Shown: positions 30,098 through 46,098, numbered from the stretch's first letter. The stretch: DNA of 64,000 nucleotides from Eledone cirrhosa (GCA_964016885.1 OZ024743.1:315332001-315396000); one strand, 5' to 3'. Notes: generated from the letters alone by a model not told the origin. A program made the numbers and translations.

Positions 30098-30297
30098 TAA
30101 CTATAACGAAGGAAATGTGGTAAGGAACCAGATGGACCATTACGCACCAAAGTTCTCAATACTTAGTGTAGTAGAGTGGGTAATAGGAACAAGTATGACC
30201 CCGACGGCAGAGCTCAAGCCGTTTCGACGGCTAATTTTGTCCAGAATTAGCCGTCGAAACGGCTTGAGCTCTGCCGTCGGCGTCATACTTGTTCCTA
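30098..30297 (-). mobile_element. Palindrome-plus-tail element (family also at ~27980-28157, 28955-29030, 32445-32517, 35648-35705, 49785-49963)
   Basis: Near-perfect palindrome at 30184-30297 joined to a recurring tail containing TATTGAG(T/A)ACT. Confidence 0.8.
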
Positions 30298-30306
30298 TAT
30301 ATATAT

Positions 30307-32298
<1,992 letters not shown>

Positions 32299-32635
32299 TC
32301 TACTCCCCCCCTCTCTCTCTCTCTATATATATATATACAAGAAAGTAGTACAGCATAATCGGCGCTCTGGTTGTGGATAAGCTAACGAATGGTGTTGGGA
32401 AGTGCAGCCAGAAGCACTCAATAAGGAATATTACCTTAGATATATATACTACTCTAAGTATCAAGTACTCTGGTGCGTTCTGGTCCACTTGGTATCTTAC
32501 CACACTTTCTTTGTTTATATATATATATATATGTAAGTATATGGTTGTGCGCACGCACGTATAGAAACACAAACATATATTTGCGTGTATATGTAGAAAC
32601 ACACAGACATATATACGTATATATATACACATACC

Positions 32636-32710
<75 letters not shown>

Positions 32711-32936
32711 GAGATTACAATAATCAAAGTTCAGTTTAAATCATTTATTTGCTTACAATTGTTTCCTCCAAACCGAGGTTTGGATTCTTCCGAGCAACTA
32801 TTTAGTGATCTATAACATTCTTGACCTCCTTTTCAACACAAGAGACATATAAAAACATATGCATATATTGACCCACAGAAGGATGACATCCATCATAATG
32901 ATATAGCATGGCAATTTACATATAAAGGTTAAAGGA

Positions 32937-33014
32937 TAAAAATAAAAATAAAAATAAAAATAAAAATAAAAATAAAAATAAAAATAAAAATAAAAATAAA
33001 AATAAAAATAAAAA
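32937..33014. repeat. (TAAAAA)n microsatellite
   Basis: Direct reading. Confidence 0.97.
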
Positions 33015-33553
33015 TGAAACATTGGCAGTTTGTGAAGATAAAGCAAGAGGAAAGTTTAGAGAAGTCAATTATTTCATATACAGCTTGTATGATTTTCTCC
33101 TCTCTCCATCCTTGATTATACAAACATTGATACGTATATCACATATGATATACAAATGACTGATCAGTGGGTCTGCTAATAACCAGATCTGACTGATCAG
33201 CCACTGCATATTTCAGAAAATATCATATATGTTCACTAGTTCTGACAGTTGGGAGGTAAGCAGTAAACTGCACTGATGAAGGGTAATCAGCCAGAAACAT
33301 TAGTGCATGCAGTTCTATTTTCATGCCAACACAAGAGCAAGAATGGGGGGCTTATTCTACTGACATGGCTTATAAAAGAGGCTGTTTGCATAATTGCAAA
33401 TGAATCGAATATTATTATTAATATTCGAAAAACTCAGATTACATATGTATTTGCAAGAGATGTCAACATGAATGGACCTGTTATTTTTATCTAAATACAT
33501 TTTTTCCAATTCCCACCATCCCGTCCCCTCAATCTAGCTTATTTCTCATTCTT

Positions 33554-33589
33554 TCTTCTGATGAAGGACTAGCGTCCGAAACGTTAAGA
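33554..33589 (+). ncRNA. Minimal type-I hammerhead ribozyme
   Basis: TCTT-CTGATGA-aGGAC tagc GTCC-GAAACGTT-AAGA, with a palindromic AACGTT stem III. Confidence 0.8.
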
Positions 33590-33610
33590 CCCTTTTCCAC
33601 GACCTTTAAA

Positions 33611-33904
33611 TTGCGGATGTATAACCATACAAACTCTTTCAAGAGGGACTCTATTCGGCTGGCGGACCTGGTGTGGGACTTGAAAGACAAAGGCGCCCCG
33701 TATGCCCTCAACTGGAGTATCGTTCGGCACCTGAATGCATATTCGGCTGGAAATAGAAAGTGTAGCCTACGCCTATGCGAGGCCATGGAGAAAGTCAGAC
33801 TGAAGGCTAATGCAGTCAACCTGAAATCGGAAATAATCATGACGTGCAGACACCAGAGAAGGTGCACACTCTCCGCATGGAATCCACCGGGCAGCCCAGG
33901 CTAA
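33611..33904 (+). mobile_element. Second, divergent Penelope-like GIY-YIG C-terminal fragment
   Basis: YNHTNSF...LADLVWDLKDKG..YALNWSIV...YSAGNRKCSLRLCE...LKSEIIMTCRH aligns by eye with the 31182-31511 fragment. A hammerhead motif lies just upstream. Confidence 0.8.
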
Positions 33905-34583
33905 AGGCATGCGGCGGAGCGCACGCCGACCAGAGTCACGAAACGGGTTCAAGATATCAGACACCATACCCTGTTGACTATATATGCCCCGTGGGGTCAG
34001 CTGAAATAACCCAGGATGCCTACTCGACTCTGCACGTCACCCTAGATAAGAACATCGCCTGAGCCGGGACAGGTTGACCCGGATTCCATTGATATTCAGT
34101 ATTATGCCTTACACCAATAAAACACTATACCTCAACCACAGTGACTTAATCCAGTATGGCCGGTCCACGCACCCCACTGTATGTGTATCTTTTCAGTAGA
34201 GAGTCCATACTCTTTGCGTATTCCATTGTGTAACACCTGTATTTTACATATACAGACCCACGTGTGTATCTCATACTTCCCTTGTGTACTATCTCATATG
34301 CATACACGTTCCTTCTTCTTGTTTTATATATATTCTGCACGCAATTTCTTTGTACGGTCTACGCATACTATTTACTGTAATGTCATGAACGCACATTATG
34401 TGGCTTTGCGGGAAAATTCCATACGTGGATTGATCTATGTTCGCAACGTAACAACATCTCTGTAGACACATATAACTGGGCGCACCCTTTCATATATAGC
34501 CCACTGTGCATCTATATGTGCCGTTATATGTATATTTTTTATATATGATATACTTTTTTGATATATATGTATATACGTATATG

Positions 34584-34620
<37 letters not shown>

Positions 34621-34717
34621 ATGCATTTTCTATATATGTACGTGTTTATAACAAGTTGCATCCTTTCATGTATTACCCATTCTGTATCTTTATATGACAT
34701 TGTGTGTATATTCTATT

Positions 34718-34823
<106 letters not shown>

Positions 34824-35608
34824 GCGTGCGTGGGTGTGTATGTGAATATGCGCATATTTGTAAGAGTGTATATGAGCCAGTGTGTGTGTGTGTGCACAAG
34901 CACCTCTGTAGGGAAAGGGCTTGTTTGTGTATATATATGTGTTTGCGAGCGAGTGTGTATCTGTGCGTGTATATATGTATATGGGTACGTGTGTGTATGT
35001 GTGTGTGTATGTTGATGTATATAGGCATGTGGGCATGTGTCTGTGTATGTATGTGCCTCTCTGGATTCATGTATGCGTATGTTTATATGTTTATTTGTTC
35101 TCCTTAAATGTGTGTGTATAGCGGGAGTCTGTGCGAACGACTGTCGTTATCTATGTGATTGTGTGTGTGTGTGTGTGTGTGTGAGTTTCGCGCGTGGATG
35201 TGTAAGCTACCAAACACAGCAGTAATTTATTGAAGTGTAGCAGACTTGGGACAGACAACGCCCTGATGGTCAGAATTATGATGACGTAGACAACCAGCTG
35301 CCAATCACAGGACGCGCGAAGAGGATGAAGTTTTTGACGGTACTGGCCCAGAGGATCAGATACCCCAGTGAGACAATATACTCCGAAATCATTAGACGTG
35401 TCCGTCGAACCTACGTGTCCAGAATCAGAGAGATCCACACAATTATCACGTCTCGAGCTGTCCGCCGGCGAAACAATTGTAACACACAATAAATTGAGTT
35501 CAGATGCATCACGGATTTTTTGTTTTCTATTATATCATACTCTGCTCTTACAGAGCATAGAGTGTTCAATGGGCATACCGCCTATAGAAGCATCTTAGCT
35601 ACCATCAG

Positions 35609-35647
<39 letters not shown>

Positions 35648-35704
35648 GGAACAAGTAAGACCCCGACGGCTGAGCTCAAGCCGTTTCGACGGCTAATTCT
35701 GGAC

Positions 35705-35827
<123 letters not shown>

Positions 35828-36633
35828 GTGTGTGCGTGTGTGTGTGTGTGTATGACAGAGTGAGGGGGTTAGGGGTATCCGTAGACAAGATGTCATCTAA
35901 GCATGTAGTTAAACCAGAAACGTTTAATACATTTACTGCACTACCTCATTACGCTATACCGATTATTTGTCAGTGTTAAGTGAAACGGTCAGCATATTCC
36001 TAGTGTAAGATTTGCTGTAACATTTCTATATCATTCCTCTCATCACTATTTCTTTCCATTCTTTATTCTTTGTCTCTTACAAACAATTCTCCTGTTCAGA
36101 GACGGGACACTTGTGGCATTGTACTCTGAATTAACCCAATTCAGCTTACTAGCAGAATATTGACCGAGTTCAGCTTACTAGCAGATCTAAGCTTGCATGC
36201 TTTTATGTATGCATGTTTGTAGGTATGTATATTTCTATGTATGTATGTATATATGTATGTATGTGTATGTCGTACGTATAAGTGTCAATATGTGAGTTTT
36301 TTGGGGTTTGTTTGCGCGGGGACATAGAAATAATCGAGCTGGATGACCGAGCGTGCAGTTAAACCACTAGGAGTGAAGAACCCCTAGCCCTTATCTGGGC
36401 ATTCTTCTAAGAGATGGCATCTCAGGAAACTGGGTTAATCCGACATAAAACCTGCGGCTCAGTAGTTACCGATGATGTTGATCTTTTCTTCTTTTCGGGT
36501 AATAGCTACTGTCGCTCAGAGAGTGGGATTGGCTCAGTGCACAGTCTTTCCACACTTTAAAAATATTCGTCACGCACAGGCATTGCACGATTGCATTATA
36601 GTGTATTATTATTAGTATTATTATTGTTATTAC

Positions 36634-38135
36634 TCCTTGAGTCTCAGTCATTGATGTTAGTTAACTGGAAAGTCCGTTGGAATGAATATCAAGCCACTAC
36701 CTGCAGCCTCAGATATTCAGGACGTATCGGAGGGTTCTTGCTGTTCCCAGCAAGCATGCCTTTTGAAGCGTTCCAAAAAGCGTGAAGGGGCCGATTTTCT
36801 TTAACCATCCCTGGAAACTTTTGGAGATAGTCCCTAGTGCGCCTATGACAATCGGGATCACTTTGACATCATGGCAGTTCCAAATCCTTTTTACCTCCCA
36901 CTTTAAGTCCTGGTATCGGTTAATTTTCTCCCTCTCCTTCTCTTGCACTCTCGTGTCGAATGGGCAGGCCACATCCACAATCAGGCACGATCTTTTTTCT
37001 TTGTCCACAACCACCAGGTCAGGTCTATTGTGTTCCAGTTTCTTGTCCGTCTGTATCCTAAAATACCACAGCACCTTCACCTGATCGTTCTCTATCACCG
37101 CCTCTGGCTTATGCTCATACCATTTCTCAGAATGTGGTAAATTGTTTACTTTGCACAGGTACCAGTGGATCACACCTGCCTATCACATCATGTCTCCAGC
37201 CCTTATAGTGGGTCTGGGCTAGGTGTTTACACTCGGATACAATGTGAGCCACAGTCTCCTCTCTCTCTCCACAGATCCTGCACAGTGGGCTAGCCTCCTC
37301 CTTGTCAATATGGTGTTTCAACCACTTCCTTTTGAGGGCCTGCTCCTGCGCAGCCATTAACATTCCTTCTGTAGCCTTTTTAAGGTCTCCTCTTTTCAAC
37401 CAGTTCCATGTCTGTGGATCTCTAAATTCAGTTTTCTCAAAGAAGGTACTATGAAGGGATTTTCCTGAAGGCTGCTCTTTCTCCTTGATGTTATTTCCTC
37501 CTTGGACATCCCCTGGCCTATTGTCCCCTCCTTCAGTACAGTTCTGAGGATTGGCTCCTTACTATCAGTCACGTATTTGTGTAGGTTGTTTTTCTCCATC
37601 TGAACACAGTCCTCTATGCTGATAAGACCTCTTCCACCCTCAGATCTCCTTAAGTAGAGTCTATCGACATCACTCCTCTTGTGGAACGTGTTGTAGATAG
37701 TCAATAGCTTCCTAGTCTTCCTATCCATTTCTTTTTGTTCAGCAACATTCCATCTCAGAATTCCCGCACTGTACCTAATAATAGACACAGCTCGGGAATT
37801 TACTGCGCTTATGGCATTTCTGTTGTTCAGATGTGATTTTAATACGCTCCTTACTCTCCGAATGTATTCAGTTCTTAACAATTCCTTCATTTTTTTGTTC
37901 TTTATGCCATCAGCATCCAGAACGCCCAAATACTTGTATCCTTCCTCAGAGTCAATTTCCTTTATCATCTCACCTGTTGGTATCTGGATTCCGTTACTTC
38001 TGCTCAACTTACCCCTCCTCATCACAATGACTCCACACTTACTAATACCAAATTGCATACATATATCACTGCTGAAAATACGGACAGTGTCAACAAGCAC
38101 ATCCAGCTCCTTCTCACTCTTCCCGAAGAGCTTAA
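36634..38135 (-). mobile_element. 5'-truncated Dong/R4-like RLE retrotransposon, copy A, in a (TAA)n tract
   Basis: MQFGISKC, YKYLG, DVDRLYLRRSEGGRGL, CRICGEREETVAHIVSEC, HNRPDLVVVD..IVDVACPFD..EKINRY. Truncated just after the RT DD motif; (ATT)n at both ends. Confidence 0.92.
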
Positions 38136-38161
38136 ATTATTAATATTATTATTATTATTAT

Positions 38162-39257
38162 TCCTTGAATCTCAGTCATTGATGTTAGTTAACTGGAAAG
38201 TCCGTTGGAATGAATATCAAGCCACTACCTGCAGCCTCAGATATTCAGGACGTATCGGAGGGTTCTTGCTGTTCCCAGCAAGCATGCCTTTTGAAGCGTT
38301 CCAAAAAGCGTGAAGGGGCCGATTTTCTTTAACCATCCCTGGAAACTTTTGGAGATAGTCCCCAGTGCGCCAATGACAATCGGGATCACTTTGACTTCAT
38401 GGCAGTTCCAAATCCTTTTTACCTCCCACTTTAAGTCCTGGTTTCGGTTAATTTTCTCCCTCTCCTTCTCTTGCACTCTCGTGTCGAATGGGCAGGCCAC
38501 ATCCACAATCAGACACGATATTTTTTCTTTGTCCACAACCACCAGGTCAGGTCTATTGTGTTCCAGTTTCTTGTCCGTCTGTATCCTAAAATCCCACAGC
38601 ACCTTCACCTGGTCGTTCTCCATCACCGCCTCTGGCTTATGCTCATACCATTTCTCAGAATGTGGTAAATTGTTTACTTTGCACAGGAGCCAGTGGATCA
38701 CCCTGCCCATCATGTCTCCAGCCCTTATAGTGAGTCTGGGCTAGGTGTTTACACTCGGATACAATGTGAGCCACAGTCTCCTCTCTCTCTCCACAGATCC
38801 TGCACAGTGGGCTAGCCTCCTCCTTGTCAATATGGTGTTTCAACCTCTTCCTTTTGAGGGCCTGCTCCTGCGTAGCCATTAACATTCCTTCTGTAGCCTT
38901 TTTAAGGTTTCCTCTTCTCAACCAGTTCCATGTCTGTGGATCTCTAAATTCAGTTTTCTCAAAGAAGGTACTATGAAGGGATTTTCCTGAAGGCTGCTCT
39001 TTCTCCTTGATGTTATTTCCTCCTTGGACATCCCCTGGCCTATTGTCCCCTCCTTCGGTACAGTTCTGAGCATTGGCTCCTTACTATCAGTCACGTATTT
39101 GTGTAGGTTGTTTTTCTCCATCTGAACACAGTCCTCTATGCTGATAAGACCTCTTCCACCCTCAGATCTCCTTAGGTAGAGTCAATCGACATCACTCCTC
39201 TTGTGGAACATGTTGTAGATAGTCAATAGCTTACTAGTCTTCCTATCCATTTCTTTT
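38162..39257 (-). mobile_element. 5'-truncated Dong/R4-like RLE retrotransposon, copy B (tandem with copy A)
   Basis: Near-identical to the 3' 1.1 kb of copy A, with the same 3' end and a different 5' end; (ATT)n at both junctions. Confidence 0.92.
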
Positions 39258-39280
39258 ATTATTATTATTATTATTATTAT

Positions 39281-39788
39281 TGGCAATTGCGAAAGAGATT
39301 ATATGGTGGACCAGGTTGAAAGGACTAAAGACAGACACTTTTCTCTTCGGCCAATCCCTCATCAACTTCTTCAAGTTTCACCTGGAAAGGAGGGTGAGGG
39401 TGGAGAGAGAAGTGCTGCCCCCCCCCCCCCCCCCCACTACATTTGCTAAAAGGTGGGTGAATGTGGCGAGAATGGCTCGTGTGAATGGGCCTACTCTGAC
39501 CATGCGCCTATAGGCTAGCTAACTTGAGGAGAGGGGTGCTCTCCTGGGTGCCCTAGAAGCGCAGGGTGGTTCAGGATTGGTGGGGTACCCGAATCACCCC
39601 AGGGTCGTCCACCCCCTATCGGCGAATTTATTTTGTTATATTTTGCATAGTTTATTTTATATTTTTATATTTTCATTGTTAAATTAGTTTTGCCATTGTG
39701 CACTTTTACTCGACCTTATTGTGAACCCCCACTGTCCCTGTCTTTGTATTGTCCCCTACGTGTCGGCCCTTGTGGCTAATAAATGAAA

Positions 39789-39790
<2 letters not shown>
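39281..39790 (+). mobile_element. 3' fragment of an L1/Tx1-like retrotransposon
   Basis: AIAKEIIWWTR...FKFHLERRVRVEREVL...FAKRW resembles the Tx1 ORF2 C-terminus. It is followed by a T-rich 3' UTR, AATAAA at 39778 and an (ATT)n tail. Confidence 0.65.
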
Positions 39791-39822
<32 letters not shown>

Positions 39823-39864
39823 CATTATTATTGTTACTATTATTGTTACTTTTTTTTTTTTTTT

Positions 39865-42800
39865 CCAATTCAATGATGTTCCAGAACAATATAAAAGAGA
39901 TAATTGGCAATTTAGGTTCTGGAACAAAAAAGATAAATGGCAATAAGGCCAGGGGCCCCAGGTTATCACAGCCCGAGCCCGCTCGTCGTCGTACCATTGT
40001 AATAGAGCCAAACAAGGCATTTAGTCTCGGCTGCTGGAACGTACGGACGCTGCTTGACAGGGATTCCTTGGAGCGTCCTGAACGAAGGACCGCTCTTGTT
40101 GCAAAGGAGCTTCGACGTTACGATCTTAACATCGTGGCTTTATCTGAGACGAGGTTAGCTGGAGATGGTCATCTTACGGAATTTTGTGGAGAATATACAT
40201 TCTTAGGAAAAGGAAGAGATGAAGGAACAAGAAGAAAGGCTGGGGTAGGATTTGCTGTTAAGACTGTTCTTGTGAATAAATTAAAATAATTCCCAGTAGA
40301 GAGAATTCCGCTGGACAAAGGAAGATATGCGACCCTGGTGAGTGTGTATGCTCGAACTATGAATTCTGTCGATGAAGAAAAAGTGTCCTTTTACCATGCC
40401 TTCAAAGGTGTTTTAAGAAATATCCCTCAGGCAGACAAAGTTATCGTGCTTGGTGACTTTAATACTAGAGTGGGTAGGGATTTTAACACACGGAATGTAA
40501 TCTGAAGGCATGGGGTGAGAAAGTGTAACAACAATGGTATGCTCCTGCTGCAGATGTGTGAGGAGCTGGATCTGTGTGTTACAAACACTATGTTCCAACA
40601 AAAGAACACATTCAAGACCACATGGATGCATCCTGCATCTAAGGAATGGCACCTTTTGGACTACGTCCTAGTCAGGATGAGTGACAGGCAGGATGTGCAG
40701 TGTGTTCGTGCTCTTCGTTGAGCTGAGTGCTGGACGGACCACCGCCTGGTACGCGCAAAAGTGAAACTAATCACTAAACGTAAAATCCGGGCTCCTGGTG
40801 TTGCCCTGCCCAAAAGATTGAATGCTGCTCGTCTTAAGGATAAAAATGTGAAAGGACATTGGAAGAAGAGATGCAGGTTGCAGATCTTGGTGAGGATTGG
40901 CCGACCCTTAAAAAGTCGGTTTATGATGTAGGCAGGCGTGTTTTAGGAATGGTGCAGAGAAAACATCAGAACTGGTGTAATGAGAGTGTTGTACATATAG
41001 AGGACTTGTTGGATGATAAGAGGCGTGCTCTGTCACGCTACTTGACGGCAAAACCACAGGAGAGGAATACGTTGCGTGAAGAACTCAAGGATGTAAAATC
41101 ACGTGTTAGGCGGAGTCCTTCTCAGATGAAGGATCAGTGGTGGAGTGAGAAGGCTGGTGAGATACAAATTGCGTCAGATTCCAATAACGCAAAGCTGTTG
41201 TACAGTCTCTTGCGTGAGGTTTATGGGCTGTCTTCTTCTCTGGTGACACTGCTTCGCAGCAAGGATGGCAAAGAACTTCTTCGTGACTCACAAGGAATTC
41301 TACGAAGGTGGCGAGAGCACTTTGATGATCTTTTGAATCAGCCGTCTGTCGTCAATGAAGATTTCCTCAATCTCATTCCAGAAAGTCATGTGAAAGTAGC
41401 TCTCGCAGAACCTCCGACGCTTGTGGAGGTTGCAGTGGGTATCTCGAAGCCGAACGGTGGAAGGTCTCCAGGTATGGATGGCATACATGCTGAGCTCCTA
41501 CAATATGGTGGTGAGAGACTCCTGCAACATTTTCACTCTTTGTTTGGCAGGATATGAGCTAATGAATCCGTACCTGAGGACTGGAGAGATGCAGTAATGG
41601 AGGTCTTGTACAAGGGAAAGGGTAACAGGAATGATTGTGGGAACTACAGAGGTATATCATTGCTTTCTGTCGTAGGGAAAGTTTTATGTAGGGTGCTTCT
41701 GGACCGTCTGCTGACACACAATGCTGCAGATTGTTTTCTTCCTGAAAGTCAATCTGGTTTTTGTGCTGGACGCGGCACTACTGATATGATCTTCTCAGCT
41801 AGACAGCTCTAGAAGTGCATGGAACAAGGTTTGGATCTGTATCAGGTTTTTGTCGATCTGACAAAATGTTTCGATGCTGTTAACAGAAAGGCAATATGGA
41901 AGGTTCTCCAGAAACTTGATTGCCCTGATAAGTTCCTTGCTTTAGTTAGATCTTTCCATGACGACATGAAGGCTTGGGTTAATGTCGGAGGTAACATGTC
42001 GGAGCCTATCTCAGTAAAAAATGGAGTGAAACAGGGGGATATTCCCGCACCGACCCTGTTTGTCATATACTTTGCAATGGTTTTCTGTATTGCATTCAGG
42101 AATTGCGAGCATGGTGTTTACATCCGATATCGAACCTCAGGCAGCATATTTAACATCAGGCGCTTTGCTGCAAAGACAAAAGTATTTACATCAATCATAA
42201 GAGACCTCTTGTATGCAGATGATTGCGATCTTGTAGCGCACACAGAGAGTGATATGCAGCACATTTTGAATGCATTTTCTGACGCTTGCACTGCCATAGG
42301 ATTGACTGTCAGTCTCAAGAAAACCGTCGTCATGTACCAACCTGCCCCTGGTAAGCAGTACAGTGAACCAAATATCTATGTGTATGGTAAACGACTTGGA
42401 GTGGTTGATCAGTTTGTCTACCTGGGAAGCACTGTCAATCGATACAGCAACCTTGTTAGTGAAATCTCACTTTGGATTAGGAAAGCAAGTGATGCTTTCG
42501 GAAAGCTAGAAAGGCGACTCTGGGGTCGGCGAGACATATGCAAGAGACAAAGGTAAAGGTGTACAAGGCATGTGTGCTCTCTTCTCTTCTTTATGCCTGC
42601 GAGACCTGAGTCACATATCGACACCACATTAAGCAATTGGAGCGTTTCCATCAGATGTGTCTCAGACGGATCCATGGCGTTCACTGGAAGGACCACATCA
42701 GTGATATCGAGATTTTGGAAAGCTCTATGTGTGACAGCATAGAAGCTCTTGTGCTTAAGCAACGACTCCGTTGGAGTGGTCACCTTGCCGGGATGAAGGA

Positions 42801-43398
42801 TTCTAGAATACCAAAAGAACTCTTTTAAAGTTAGTTAAAGTTAGTTAAAGGAAAACGAGCGCCACATAAACCAAAAAAGAGGTATAAGGATTCCTTGAAA
42901 GCCTCTTTGCAAGACGCTAACATCTCTGCTGATACATGGGAAAATATTGCTGCTGATCGTAATAAATGGAGAAAGACTGTATATAAGGGGAAAGTTGCCT
43001 TTGAGGTATCTCGAATCGCACACGAGAAAGTAAAGCGGGATGTGAGGAAGGGCATTGCTGTTGCACTTCCGGACGGAGAGGGTCCTCCTATGGTGCTGAC
43101 ATGGAGCGTCTGTGCGAGACTCTGCCTAAGAAAAGCTGGACTCGAAAGTCAGCTTCGCAGTCATAAAGTAAGACTAGTGGTTGACTACCAGGCTGCTGTT
43201 GGAGATGCTACTCTTCATGTTTGCCAAGCATGTGGTAGAGAATGTACATCAGCAGGAGGGCTCAAACGACATGCAAAAGTACATGAACTCCAACCACAGC
43301 CAGCTATTCCCAGTGAATGTTTTGGTTGCCGACTCTGTGCAAGGCATTTTAGATCATTGGCTGCGCTAAAAAGCCACATTCGATCGCAGCGCTGTTAG
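39865..43398 (+). mobile_element. Decayed near full-length RTE-clade LINE (APE + RT + C-terminal C2H2 fingers)
   Basis: APE: LGCWNVRTLLD..ERRTALVAKEL..IVALSETR, LGDFN, TTWMHPASKEWHLLDYVLVR. RT: NYRGISLLS, FVDLTKCFD, GVKQG, LLYADD, FVYLGS. Then RLRWSGH and three CxxC..H motifs. Several stops and frameshifts. Confidence 0.93.
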
Positions 43399-44580
43399 TT
43401 GCTATCGTGTGTGTGTGTGTGTGTATAGATATGTTTATGTGCGTGCGTGTGTGTGTATGTATATATATATGTATATTATTTTTGTTGTTGTTGTCGTTAT
43501 TATTATTGTTGTTATTATTATTATTGCTATTAATAAATATGTAGATATGTATATGTGTGTGTGTGTATATATATTTTTTTTTTCTCATGCAATGGCCATA
43601 CTCGATAACGAGGGGCCAGCCATTATGTATGTATATATGCATGCATGTATGCATGGTTGTAAGCATGTATATATACATGTAAGCATGTATATATGCATGT
43701 ATATGTATGCATGTATGTGTGTATATGTGTATGGATGTATATATATGTATACATGTATACATGTATATGTGTGAGTATGTAGGTATATATGTATGTATAT
43801 ATATGTGTGTGTGTGTGTGTGTTGTCTTTGGTATATATTTCAGTTCTTTACAGAATTCAAGCAAGTCACAAATAAATTAACAAAACCATTGGTTTAAGCC
43901 AAGACTATTTCAGCGATTTGTAAAATGATGAATGAACATAGTGTGTGTATGAGTGTGAGACTATGTGTGTGTGTGTGAATGTAAGTCTGTGTGTGTGTGT
44001 ATGTGTATGTGTGTGTATGTGTATGTGCGTGTGAGTGTGTGTATGGGTGTACTTTTAGTATACGTACTTGGACTCATATTATCACTGGACATGTCCTATT
44101 AACCGGCGTTTGTGTCTATATGAGTGCTTGTGATCGTGACTACATTTATATATAAACGTGTGTCATACGTAATGTTCTTATCAAACCTGCTCACGAGATA
44201 ATAGTAAATAGTAGTTATAAAAATGAATCAAAAGCACATCACACCATTCACAAGAAATAATTCGTAATATGTCTTAAAAACATTGAATCAGCCTGATATC
44301 GTCTGTACAGAGCTCAGTTCATAATCACTGGATCTTTCATATGTTTACTAATGGTACAGAACTGCTTATATCTAAATGCATTTAGTTATTTCTTTATGAT
44401 TGTTAGGACCGTGGAACCCTTTTTACTGGAACACCATTTAAAATATCATCCAGTTAGTTGTTGTCGAAGAAAGTGTGTCCGTCGTATGGAAGTAACAATT
44501 ATTTCCTTCGTATCTTATGTTAAAGACGTGTGGCTAAATCCATTTCCTTATTTCTTAGCCTTGACTTAAAACCTTGAAGA

Positions 44581-44788
44581 TACGAGGTTTGACTGAAAAG
44601 TTCATAAGCTGACCAAGGCACTCTCATGAAATCACCAAATGAGGTTTGTTTTTCAACATAGTCACTGAATACAAAGAATCAATACAGTTGTTAATAAGAA
44701 TTGTTGAAATTAATGCAAGAAAGATATCAGAGCTCTAGTATCAACACTTCATATTCAGCCTATGAATTTTCATCCGACATCCTTCGCA
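44581..44788. mobile_element. Decayed mariner-type MITE (second copy ~48375-48560)
   Basis: TACGAGGtttGACTGAAAAGTTCATAaGCTGA and a degenerate inverse at the right end; 48526-48560 carries TCAGTCaATGAACgTTTCAGTCGACCCTCtTA. Confidence 0.65.
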
Positions 44789-44944
44789 TGTTGATATACT
44801 AAGATAATATATCCAGGCGCATTAATTTAAGGGATTAAGATATTTAATCCTAGATATTTACACGTTGACACTTCGTATATAACAACACCGTTAAAGTAAG
44901 GCAAACGCAGAGAAGGCAGGAGAAAACTGTGGGCACACACACAA

Positions 44945-46035
44945 TGTATCTAGGGCGGGCAAAATCCCTGAGATCCATGGGTGAGTTCTCTCCAGCGGTT
45001 TCTGTCCCTCGTTATGGCTGCCAGGTCCTGCGTCTCCAACAGACCAGTGTCTGTCCTTAGCGCATCAACATATGTTAACCTCGGTCTACCTCTTCAAGTG
45101 TGTCCATGCAGGGGCTCCCACAGGGACACTGAGTGCAATGTCAACTCTGTATATCGGTGAGCATGTCCAGCTAACGTCAGTCTCCTCTGTGTCACATTTG
45201 AGCTGACTTTTGGGAGGCTCCCATACATCTTTGAGTTTTTCATCCTCAGTGTATACTGATTAATATTCAGAGCCATCCCCAGCATTCTCGTGTAGCACCC
45301 ATCCACCATCTGAGTTTCTTGGTCAGGTTCCAAGTCTCAGACCCGTACAGCAGCACAGGCTCCACTACAGCAATGAAGAGGCGGATTTTCAGGTCTTTAC
45401 GAAGGTCCGACTTCCACACCGATCTCAAGCTGTGTCACGCCGCCCAGTCTTTGCTCTTCCTCTCAACCACATCATCTTCCGTATTCCCAATCGTTGCCCC
45501 CAAATACAGGAAGTCCTCAACCAATTCTAGCGGCTTTCCGCCTACATTCGTGTTCCACTCTGGCTTATAAACATTCTCTACCAGATATTTTGTTTTAGTC
45601 TCATTCATTCTCAGCCCCACGCCCATCGACACAGTCTCAACCTCCTGCATCAAATCCTCTGCCTCCTTCACTGTATTTGTCACCAAAACTATGTCGTCGG
45701 CAAATTGAGCATCCGATATCACTTTCGCCTTAACTCTCCTTCTCTAAGCCGGTGCTACAGTAAAGCCAGTGTCCTGGTGTTTCTCCAGTGCAAGGCGCAT
45801 ACAATAGTCAACTACGATGATAAAATGGTAGGGACCCAATGCATCTCACTGGAGCACTCCAGCCAGTATCCCAAAGAACTCTGTCATCCCATCAGGTGTA
45901 ATGACTTGGGATTTGATGTTGGTGTAGAGCAGTGATATCAGGTCCACTATCTTCTTGGGGATTCCATAAGCCTGTAAGATCTTCATTAGGCAGTGACGGT
46001 CCACAGAATCAAAAGCCCTCCTAAAGTCAATGAAA
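44945..46035 (-). mobile_element. 5'-truncated decayed RTE-like LINE (RT and C-terminus)
   Basis: FIDFRRAFDSV, GVLQ, QFADDIVL, FLYLGA, RRLTLAGH. Confidence 0.88.
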
Positions 46036-46053
46036 ACCATGACCGCATACACA

Positions 46054-46098
<45 letters not shown>

